From NCBI GenBank assembly GCA_035084275.1, contig CM068769.1:1116001-1180000 (forward strand): a stretch of DNA of 64,000 bases, read 5' to 3'. Positions 36,091 to 46,633 of the stretch are shown here, piece by piece. The notes below the pieces were generated by a model that was not told the DNA's origin, searched no databases, and saw only the letters and a list, made by a program, of their open reading frames with translations. The DNA comes from Hydrolagus colliei (taxonomy: Eukaryota). The position numbers and the translations under genes are program-made. Each line of letters begins with the position of its first letter. Within the stretch, counting starts at the first letter, position 1.

Positions 36091-37874
36091 GTTTTCGTTT
36101 GTAAGTTGAACACACAGCGACTGAAAGTGAATGAATGAATTCCTCAACTGTATAACAGCATCAGTAGAGATGTAGACAACGATAATTGATGTATCTGCTT
36201 GAAGGGTCTCTAGCAATTGATCGTGATAACTAAACCTGAGGCAATGCAGAATATAAACAATAATACTCCTTGCTTTTGATTTGATGTTTTTCTCATCTTT
36301 CTGTGGGTCTGCTGGGAGCTTCACTTGTGGCACGATTAAGTGAAATGAATGGATATTGTTGCGGCGAAACGCCGCAGAGAATTGCAGATAGCAGTGTCCC
36401 GCAAACAATCGTGTTTTGAAGTGAACACTTTTTAATCTAAGCATCATACAGTTCATGTCTCAATAAGAAACGTTCATTGACATGATCAGCAATTAAAATA
36501 GATGTGTACTCTATATCATAACACAATACTGAGGAAACGCTTCAAGTAGCGTTTGCAGTGCTACACAAATACATATTGATTGTTTTTTTTATTCTGGAAA
36601 ATCTCGGCGTTCATGTAGTGAAAGCGGCTGGAGTTGTAATTCAGATGTCAGCAACGGTATTGTACTGTCAATACGGTGCTGCATCGCCACCTAAAGGAAT
36701 TGTGCGTATGCTGCTGCCTTTGAAGTCAATATCCACACTTGTCTGGACTTGACGGGTTGGGTGGAGTTGCGGGGTAATGATTAACTTCCCTTGCCCACCT
36801 TCCCTCACCGCCAACCGCATATCAGCCTGTGTCTAAGCCTACGTTGTTTGTGGATGGAAGCCCGCCAGTATATTTTTTAATTTTTTAAAGTTATATTTGC
36901 ATGTGATGCAGTACTTTCCCGTATTCTGCGTATCTAAAATAGCTTCACAGAATAAAGTATAACATGAATGGATAGTTCACAAATCCGTACATTTGAGGAC
37001 GAAATGCGGCAGCCCATAGCGCACAACAGTGTGCCACAAACAGTCGTTGATTTACTTATTGATTTTTATTGTCAATAAAAAAAATGTTATTTTATTATTA
37101 TACTATTATTCATGTTTTTTGGAAGGATTATTATTTAGACGTGTGGATTATGGAAACCTACCAAGGTTTCGCCCTGATCTGCCTGACCAAAGATCTCTCG
37201 AATGTACGGCTGGTGCGCTAACCACTGAGCTATATCTCCACAGATGCTCCATGATTTATGGTCAAATGCGTACCATCAAATCTGGCTTCATGTCTCGGTC
37301 AATGTCTGTACGAACAGAAGTCATAGTAGTCGAAAAGATACTATCTGCACGACAATTATTACTTGTGAAATAATAGCAATCAATGTATTTGATATACCAT
37401 CAGGTCAAGTAACTACAAGTCTGAAATCTCGTCACAGGATGGAATATATAGTGGATTACTGTGTACTATTGTGGGCGGAATGCCGCTTCAAATATCTCAA
37501 AACGCTTCACACATTGCAGTGTAAAGTGAAATGAATGTAATATTAATGGGTAAAAGGCGGCAGCCAATTGCGCCCAATCAGTCGTGTATTAAATTTCCCA
37601 ATTTATTCCAAGTGTTGTTTTTGGATGGATCATTTTTCAGTGTGCAGTTAGAAAACTTGCCCGAGGTTTCGCCCCGACCTGCTTTGATTCGAGTCACAGG
37701 TCTCACGATTACAAGGCGAGTACTCTAACCGCTGAGCTGCAGACTCCGTAATATACTCAGCCTGTGCCTCGCTTCCCCTCTCATCGTTGATCTCATCGTC
37801 TCCAACTCCTCCCCCTCGCTCTCCTCCAGGTACAAGGTTTTTGTGCGAGTCTCAGCGCACTCTCCGTCACAGTG

Positions 37875-38184
37875 GAAGCAGCCACAAGGGCGCAGTGATA
37901 GACTGCTGTGTCTGTTTCTTGCTGGTGTGAGAAGTTCAAACGGCTGGTCTTTTCACCAGGGTCCAGCGAGACAGAGATGTGATCGCCGGTGTCTGGTCCT
38001 CGGTCTTCAGCTCCCGATGCCCGTTTGCGCAGCAGGCAGGCGGGCGCCTGTCCCGGCTTGTGGCGGAACCAGTAAACACTGATGTCTCCGGTGCAGTGAG
38101 TTGAGTAGTTACACCGCAAGCCTGTCACCCTCCCTTCTGGGTACGCGATAGACTGCAGAGTCACGGTAAATCTTCGGCTTCTAC
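37875..38184 (-). CDS. TCR delta-type V segment V14, apparently leaderless, CDR1 cysteine (candidate NAR-TCR supporting V), intact
   Basis: Branch point CTAAC and acceptor CACACGCAG|GT; open frame LRCNYSTHCTGDISVYWFRH..PACLL..DTAVYHCALV. RSS CACTGTG 37868-37874 / 23 / ACAAAAACC 37836-37844. No leader exon found between it and V15. Confidence 0.8.
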
Positions 38185-38894
38185 CTGCGTGTGGAAGGGT
38201 TTGTCAGTTAGGCATAGAGGCAACGCAATTTAGTTCGCCGTTTCTGTGGAAAATTTAATCTGTTTTGAGGCCGAACTTCCAACCTGAAGGCACGTCATTT
38301 TGTTGCGGTTTTTTTAATGAGGCGTTTCATCCAAGAGTTAAACTTGCCCAATGTTCCGGCTGTATTCGAACACAGGTCTCACGCTTGTGAGGCGCGTGCT
38401 CTAACCACTAGGCCGCAGAACTCCATGAGAAAAATAATTTTTGCATTTTACAGAGCGATTTTCACGTAATATCGACGTCTGGAAACGCTTCACAGGATAT
38501 ACTGTAAAGTGAATCAACTGTATATTTTTGGGTGAAATACGGATGGCGATTGCGAACAGCAGCGTCCCCCACAAACAGTCGTGGGCTTAAATGACCAATT
38601 TTACCTTTGTGTGTTTATTTTGGAGGGAATATTATTATATGCGGTTGGAGTAAGGAAAGCTGCCCATCGTTTGACCCTGAACTTCATGGATTCGAGCACA
38701 CGTCTCACGCTTGTAAGTCGAATGCTCTAACCACGACACTATAAAACTCCAAGATACAGTCAAACTGATCGGTTGTCGCAAGAGTTATTGAGTGCTGCTG
38801 TGTTTAATTGCGTGGATTGAAATTGTTGGTCAAGAGAGGAAAACGGATGCCTTTGGGTTTATTTGTGAGTGTCACTGAGCTCTCTGTAATTGTG

Positions 38895-39207
38895 AAGACA
38901 GCCGCAGATGGCAGTAGTACACGGCTGAGTCTGCCACTCGCTTGCCGAGAGACGGTTAATCGGCTAATTCTATTAGGGGTTTCCAAAGAGGCGGAATTGT
39001 GACCTCCAGAGAAGACATATCTCTGTTTCTCACTGCTATGATTCCCTGTTCGCAGCAGAAAGATTGGCTGCTGTCCTGAGTACTGAATGGACCAACTAAT
39101 ACTGATGGGACCTTCACACCGTGTAGAGAAGCTGCAGGTTATAGTGAACTCAGTGTCCGCCACATAAGTCTCCTCACCAGGCTCCTGGGACACCGAAAGT
39201 CTAATGT
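38895..39207 (-). pseudogene. TCR delta-type V segment V15, CDR1 cysteine (candidate supporting V), frameshifted in FR3
   Basis: Acceptor TGTCCTTCAG|AC; DIRLSVSQ..ITCSFSTRCEGPISISW..; after a frameshift the sequence reads VADSAVYYCHLRLS. Degenerate RSS CACAATT 38888-38894 with ACAAATAAACC. Confidence 0.8.
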
Positions 39208-39609
39208 CTGAAGGACAGAGAAGCAAGTTACATCCGTGCATTCATGAAAAAGTTATACCCATCCAGCCTGTGCCTGCGTCTGTATGTAGCTCTCTCGCCT
39301 CTAAGACAAACCAATAAGTTTAAGTGTTCAAATCCCATTTCTGGAAAATGTATTTGTTGTTCTCTCTGTACAAAAGATTCTTCCTTATTTGCTCTTACCA
39401 ATTATACTGGCAGTTACATACATCCTCGCAACTGTCAGTTTCAGTTACTGTGGTTTCCTGTTCAACCATTCAATGACTCTCACACGTTGTACGTTTAGAT
39501 TTGTGATCTTTACGTGTTGATAGCAAAGAGAAAAAAACATCGCCATAGTTTCTACCAATTTAAGCTTGAGTAACATAACATGGTCTGTATTATGTCATAT
39601 GCAGTGACG

Positions 39610-39925
39610 CGTTGTGGAGCTCAGTGGTTAGAGCACTCGCCTCACAAGCGTGAGATCAGTGTTCGAATCCAGGCAGATCAGGGCGAAACTTTGGGCAGGT
39701 TTTCTTGCTCCACACGCCTAATAATAATCCATCCCCTCAAAAAACACAATAAGAAAAATGGGTAATTTCACTCAACGATTGTTTGTGGGAGGAGCTGCTG
39801 TGCGCAATTATCTGCTGCGTTTCGCCCATAAATATACAGTCAATTCACTTCAAACTGTATTCAGTGAAGTGATTTGAGACGTCGATAAGTTATGAAAAGA
39901 CTAATCCAAATGCAAGGATTATTAT
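39610..39925 (+). mobile_element. tRNA-derived SINE
   Basis: GAGCTCAGTGGTTAGAGC head, GTTCGAATCC B-box, shared core and tail. Confidence 0.8.
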
Positions 39926-40190
39926 ATATTCTCACTATTGTTTTATCCTTGTGGTTTTTTTTGGAGGGAATATTAACAAGCGTGTTGGGTAATTTAATTT
40001 GCACAAGGCTGTCTGGATTGGAACACAGGTTTCACGCTTGTGAAGTGAGTTGTCTAACCAGTGAGCTACATGTGCTGCACTGTGAGCTATGAGTGTGTGT
40101 GTTTAAGTGTATGGAAGGGGAGAATTGTCTTAAGAGGACATTACTGTAGTTGAGTCCATGGTGGTACAATGAGCTGTGGTGTTGACTTAC

Positions 40191-40511
40191 CCTCAGTGAC
40201 AGTCAAGATGGAGCCGGCCCCATCGCTGTACTTCACACCCAGAGACTGTTGGAACCAAGCACGGCACCAGTAGCTGGCGCTGTCCTCTCTTCTCAGGGAC
40301 AGGATTTTCAGGGTGAATCTCCCCACTGATGTATAGATTGATTCCTCAAAGCGACCCTGGATGGGCAGGAGCTCCGGCTCTTTCCCTGGAAAATGTCGGA
40401 ACCAGGACGTGGCGTCCAGGTGGCGGCTGAGATGGCAGGTGATCACGGCTGACTGACACTCCTCCCTTTTCAGGCTGGCTGGGGTCTGTGTGACCTCCTG
40501 ACAAACCCAAC
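40191..40511 (-). CDS. Germline-joined IgNAR/NAR-TCR-like V(D)J exon
   Basis: 321-nt open exon, phase 1/1, acceptor TTGCTATAG and donor G|GTAAG: WVCQEVTQTPASLKREECQSAVITCHLSRHLDATSWFRHFPGKEPELLPIQGRFEESIYTSVGRFTLKILSLRREDSASYWCRAWFQQSLGVKYSDGAGSILTVTE. Short C'-C'' region (NAR hallmark), NAR-type J motif DGAGxxLTV, no RSS. Confidence 0.8.
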
Positions 40512-42372
40512 CTATAGCAAAATCAACCGTAGCATAGTACCTTTAATGAACACGGAAGGCCATCGTATCCATCCTGTGTGTTCAGGCTCTACCAAAAGGG
40601 CTTCACCAAGTAAATCCCACTCTCCCTCAAACAGTATCGCGCTCCACAATAGCCCTGCAAACTTGCATTGTCTAAATAGTTACTATAATTATGAACAGAA
40701 TAATCACCGCTCACCCTCGTGTTACGGTGAGATTTGCGCACTTCAGCATGTCTCATAGGATCATTTATAGATGACACTCCAGACCTTATTCTTCCATGCC
40801 TCCTGCTGCCCTCCTAACTCTCCCATTTCCTACTATTTTTTCCCCGCAGCTACCCCGATTCTTCACCCCCCCACCCTTGCTCGGTTTCTGCCCTAACTTT
40901 TCAGAGCTTTGGAACGTCCTCCCGACGTGAAAGGCGTTCTATACATGTTATTTTGTTGTTGTTATTGACAGTAGTAACAATTAACAATGACTATCTGTAA
41001 TTTGTACGTGGAAGCTTTTAAAACTAAACGTAAAGATATCTTAAACAATAGTTTTAAGTATCAGCAAAAGGCTATTATTGTATACATTGGACGCAATATA
41101 AATGTTCAGCTATATTTAACAATGATAATGGAAACACTTTTTGGTTACTCTCTGTGTTCGTTTGAAAATAAATTTATAGACTTGTTGTACAGCCATAATA
41201 CTAGTTAATTACTACCAGTAATTCTTATTACTCTGATTGTACAATTAAACTTATCGACGTGACCAAGCATGAAAATGAGAATTAATCATTGGATGTAACT
41301 AGCATTTAACATGTTTCGAAACAGCATTTATACACGCACGAAACATTTATGAGAAGAAGTATTTACCAGCTGTATCTATTAAGTTTTTTATTTTTCATAT
41401 TAATTTATAAATGCATCAAAATGTAATAAAAATGATTAGTAGAAATATATCTTATTGTATCAATGGTAAATATATAGGTCTACTAAAGAATACTAATACA
41501 AATTATTAGTAATTCCACATCAAGTTATTATATTACAAAACAAGATTTGTGATTGCAGCAAATATTAATCTTAAATATTACCAGTAAAAATTTGGAATCG
41601 GGTTGTGAATAGATTAATGTATATTCTTTCAGAGATACTAATCCATCCAAACAGAACTAAATCGTTTAGCTCTGTGGTTAGAGCACTCGCCTTGCGAGCG
41701 AGTGGCTTGGGTTCCAGTCGCTGAAGTGTGAAATATTGGGAAAGTTTCCTTGCTCTAGACGCCGAATGATAAGTCTTCAAAAAATAAGCTAAGTTAAATG
41801 CATAACTGTCTGTGGCACACTGCGGAGTGAATGTTGCTGCGGCGTTTCCCCCAGATATATCAAGTTAACTAATTTCCCAGTCCAATTTTTCAAGCCCTTG
41901 CGACGATTAGAGGAAATGAAAAGCGCTATCTCAACCATAGTTAGTCCATATAGTTGTGGGCGAAACGCCAATTGTGCAGAGCAGCGTTCCCACAAACAGT
42001 CGTGTGTTTAAAATGACCTACTTGATTAGTTTGCTTTTTGGAGACGGACTATTATTAAGCGTATGGATTAAGGAAAATTGCTAAATGTTTCGCCCTGATA
42101 TGCCTGGATTCGAGCACATATCTCACGCCGGAAACGCGAGTGCTCTAACCACTGAAATACAGGAGCTCCAATTTTCATAGATTTACAGGTTATTCCATGT
42201 AGAGCTTTGAGACTCAGTCTGGGAAGACGCGAAAAGCGCTAATTCAAACCCACGGATGGTGTTGATCAGTGATCGATAGGAGGCATTCATCCACCAAAGA
42301 TTCACGGAATATTCCCAGCTGCTGAACAGTGGTAGTTTTTGTACAAGTCCGTGGTTACTTTCAGTCACTGTG

Positions 42373-43094
42373 TGTGTGGGATCCGCAGTGCACAGTAATA
42401 CCTCCGAGACTCAGTGACCTGCAGCTCACTGACCATCAAGTACATGATTGCCTTTGATGTGGGCAACGCCAACGAGAAACGGGACTTTGCGAAAATGGCT
42501 TTGACTTCATTCCCTCCTGAGTATTTCCAAACGATAAACTCTGGAATACCCTGGGCGCCTTGACGGTACCAATATATGATGTAAGATTTGTTGCGAGTAG
42601 AATAGGCGCATTCCACAGACGCAGTGCCTCCTTCTCGCTCAGACATTGAAGAGAATTTCATTGCCACGGTATCTTGGTGACAGAGATCTGAGAGGAAATG
42701 CGCAGGAAACAAAATGATTCCATCAGTCTGCAGGTTTCCCAGTGATCCTTTTGCTCGCGACTCAATCCGCTTCACTGAATATACCGTTAGTTAGATCGAC
42801 TGTATATTTGTGGGCGAAACGCGGCAGCCAATTGGTTGAATGCTGCAAACAATCGTGCATTTGAACGAAAAATATTTTTGTTAAGGGTTTCTCATTGGGT
42901 GCATGGAGTAGGAAAACTTGGCGAAGGTTACTTGCTTCTCGGATTCGAATCCGTTTCTCACGCTGGTAAGGCAAGCGCTGTAACCACTCAGCTACACAGA
43001 ACTCCTGTTAATCACAAGAAACCCAACAGTGTTTCCCATTTGGCTTACCTGTAAACAATGTCCCCATCACTAAGCACACATTCAGAATATACAT
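42373..43094 (-). CDS. TCR delta-type V segment V16, intact
   Basis: Leader 43049-43094 (MYILNVCLVMGTLFT); V exon 42373-42687 with VECAYS..IYWYRQ..RYYCALRIPH. RSS CACAGTG 42366-42372 / 23 / ACAAAAACT 42334-42342. Confidence 0.9.
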
Positions 43095-43599
43095 GGCTGT
43101 CGTATCTTGGGACCACCAAGTTCTGCGTTCGGTAGCGCACTGTTATTCGGTCTCCACCTGCTCCCTGAATTGTACGGCAGTGATGTGTACGATCAACATT
43201 CATTGGTACGTGTTTACACACACTATTGTCTGTGGGAATTAATTTCGAAGCATCAGCTGCCGATACAGACTTCAGTTCATCTCTCTCGGGTAAAGGAAAT
43301 GTTAATCAGAGATTTTCTCAATCGCAACCGTCGCTGAATGGAAAAGCGTTACGCTTCCAATCACCTGCTATTGAACGGCGGATAGTTCTGGTTTGGTTTC
43401 GAAGAAAAAGGGAGACACCTGCCGACAGCCGTATATTCATTGTCTCTTCCGGTTTGTTTTATGTGCGTGAGGTTTTGCGGCTCACATTTCACTCTTGTCA
43501 GCCTCGGAGCACAATGTCATACCGGGCTGTTTGTGGATTCCTTACGCTCCTCTTTACCACCTCGCCCCCCCAAACAAATAGTAACTTAGAATTCGATAG

Positions 43600-44330
43600 T
43601 CAGAAACACAGAAACACACACAGAGAGAGACACATACGGACACAGAGCGACAAACACACAAATACCACACACTGTCTCACACACACATAGCGGGAGTGAA
43701 CTGGGAAGTGAATAACTTTCCTCCATCCCCCACTGACTAATTCACTCAGTCGCTGTGTCTATGTGAGAGACAGTGCGTGTGTGAGACATATTGTGTATGA
43801 GAGAGACAGAGAGAGTGTATGTGTAAGGGACATAGAGAGTGTATGTGTAAGGGACATAGAGAGTTTATGTGAGAGAGTCAGAGAGAGGGTCTGAGTGTGA
43901 GAGAGTCATAGAGTGTGTGAGGGAGACAGAGGGAGGATGTGAGAGAGAGAGAGACAGAGACAGTGCACGTGTGACAGACAGAGATAGTGTTTGAGTGAGA
44001 GAAAGAGAGCGTCTATGTGAGAGAGACAGAGAGAGGGTGTGAGCGAGACACAGTGTGTGTGAGAGAGATAGACAGAGAGTGCGTGAGAGAGAGCAAGAAA
44101 GAGTGTGTGTTTGAGAGAGAGAGAGTGCTTGAGAGATGGCGAGAGCGATTGTGAGAGACAGAGTGTGTGTGTGTGAGGGGAGTGTGTGTGATGTAGACAG
44201 AGAAAGTGTGAGAAACAGAAGAGTGAGTGTGTGAAAGAGAAAGAGAGATAGTTTGAGAGAAACATAAATAGTGTGTTTCTGAAAGACAGAGAGAGTGTAC
44301 ATGACAGAGACAGAGAGTGTGTGCGTAGGT
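43600..44330. repeat. (GA)n/(GT)n/(CA)n low-complexity tract
   Basis: Direct inspection. Confidence 0.9.
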
Positions 44331-44425
44331 ACGAAACTACAGAGTTGCTCCAGTCAGACCTGCTGAACTCCCATCAAGGAGGACAAAGGAGATTAAAGAC
44401 AACATTGAGGGTAGTTACACTGTAC

Positions 44426-44445
44426 AGCGCCACCCTCTGGCGGCA
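44426..44445 (-). promoter_or_regulatory. CTCF-like site upstream of the first V
   Basis: Minus strand GCCGCCAGAGGGTGGCGCT. Confidence 0.5.
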
Positions 44446-44789
44446 GTGATGCGGGATAATAATTTTCTGTGTCGAAATTGAACACACAGTAATTGACAGT
44501 AAATTGTTATATCGCTCAAATGCACAACAGTCTCAGTAGAGATAAAAACAGGTGAATTAGTTTATCAGATTTACCACTTACTATCATTGGAGATTGAGGA
44601 TTAAAAGTAATGCATGGGATTCAGTGGGGAACTGCTAATTTACAAAAATGCATGAAATGGTATTGCCCAGTTATAGGACAACACCGAAAATGATAAGGTT
44701 CGTTCTTACGTTTTATGAGGCCAACTCAATACAGATTTCATGCTTTTGATAAACTACGATTTTCTGGAGTTGTAATACTGAGCTCAGGC

Positions 44790-44913
44790 ATTTTCTCAGA
44801 TTGGCGTGATGTGACATGTAGAGTTCCAAGAAACAGTCCTTGGGCCTCAGCTATTTACCATCTACATCAACGATCTAGATAAGGACATCGAGCTTAATAC
44901 ATCTAAATTCGCT
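44790..44913 (+). mobile_element. CR1 reverse-transcriptase fragment
   Basis: FSDWRDVT..VP then (frameshift) VLGPQLFTIYINDLDKDIELNTSKFA. Confidence 0.75.
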
Positions 44914-46321
44914 CACCACCAACTTCCCTCCCACAACCCCTCCAAAGTGAGCACAGAGGATGGTGAGAGAAAAAGGGAAAGTGGTATATCACTCTGTGTG
45001 AAAACAGTGTGTTGAACAAGGGAGTTGGAGAATTCGAGTGCAGTGGGGCTTGATAACAAGAGAATGAGCAAAGAGAGGACTAAACACCACAAAACCAACA
45101 TTACATTTTGAAAGCGCCATTCATGTCTGGAGGACTTGTACGTGTACAAGTGTTAGGGTGAGTATATTGCGGGTGAAAACACTGGTTGGTAACAACAGGG
45201 TCAGTGCACAAGGGAGGCGAAAGCAAAGGAGGGTGAGCATAAGGGTTTATCACCGGCGGGGATCCACTTTACTGGAGCTTCCTGTGCTCAACAAAATCAC
45301 CCATCCAATCAATGTGCTTACACATTCTGTTACCGCCACCGCCATGGTTCACCCTCCTGTGCTAACTAGTCCACCACCACACATGCGCAGTCTCCTCTGT
45401 AATTACCCACACTGTGATCATCCAGCCTGCTGCTTTACCTTCCAAAGCTCAACGAACACCCGTGTTCAGGCTTGGCCACTATGGTCACCCTACCTCACCC
45501 AACCCGCATCACTAATTGCACATTTTCGTCGGCGATCTCTCCCTGTTTTTGCTCAGAACGCCTGTGCTCAAATGTTTATCGTTTCTCCAACCCTGGTCCC
45601 AATCCATCTGAAACGTAACTCTATCCGACCACCACAACTTCTTGATATCCCTCTCCGTTCTCACCCTCCTTGCTCCCCACAATGTGATCACGCTACCGAC
45701 TTCCTGCCTCTTTTACTTAAACATCCTGGACTCACTCCAAAACTTGAAACCCACCCTGAGTTAAACTGCGCTCACTCAACTTCTGCGTATTCCATCGCCA
45801 TCTTGCGCTCACCCCATTTATAACCTCGCCCTTTCACAAAGCCTTCTGTCTTCGCTCAACTGTGCTTATGTTACTCAACCCACGCTCGCCCCGTTCTCAA
45901 TTTCCCTTATACTGCCCCACTGTGATTTCCCTGCCGTGTGCGTGCATCACATGTTCTCACCCTCGATTGTGCTCTATTTCCCACTCTGCTCACCCCCTAC
46001 CGCCGCGTTTGCTAAACTGTACACTAACCCGCGAGAGACTACATATACTTTTCCACATACCTGTTCAGACCCTGTGCGGATCCCCCAACCAACTTTGTGC
46101 TTTGTTCCTCCAACCCATGTTTAGCCCAATAGATTTGTATCACACCTATCGGCAAACTACCAAGCTCACTTTCCCTGTGTTTACCGTATCATTTGTTCAA
46201 CCCAATATTCTCACCACATATTACCCTTTTCTCAATTCCTCTCGATGTCCACACTCCCCACATACTGTGCTCCCAGCACCATTATTAGCACGAGTTAGTG
46301 ATCAGAGAAACAGGCAGTTAC

Positions 46322-46633
46322 CTGAGCAGATGACGCCGACATCATAGTTGTGATTCTTTGAATAGTGACCCCAAGACGCTGAGGGACATTCGCTCAGATC
46401 AGACTCACTCAATGTGCACTGAACATTATGCGTCACAATGGGACCTGAGCCTTCCCCAAATTGTGCTCCTGCTGGTGCTGAGAGCGCATATCCACAGCCC
46501 AGCTCCTGACACACCACGGCCGCATCCTCAATACCCCAGCCATGATAGCCAGACACCGTGCCCCATTGTCCATCGTGGTAAAGCTCCACTCTCCCTGCAC
46601 ACGTGCTGTTGCCATTCACCAGCCTCACATTCC
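46322..46633 (-). CDS. Single SRCR (group B, CD163/WC1/DMBT1-like) domain exon, 6 cysteines
   Basis: 312-nt open exon, phase 1/1 (TTTTACAG|GG ... G|GTAAC): NVRLVNGNSTCAGRVELYHDGQWGTVSGYHGWGIEDAAVVCQELGCG..VQCT..SECP..DVGVICS. Confidence 0.9.

Noticed and set aside
39396-39422. Possible leader for V15 (MYVTASII, G|GTAAG)
   Set aside because: Only 8 codons with an upstream in-frame stop; too short for a signal peptide, though a vestigial leader cannot be excluded.
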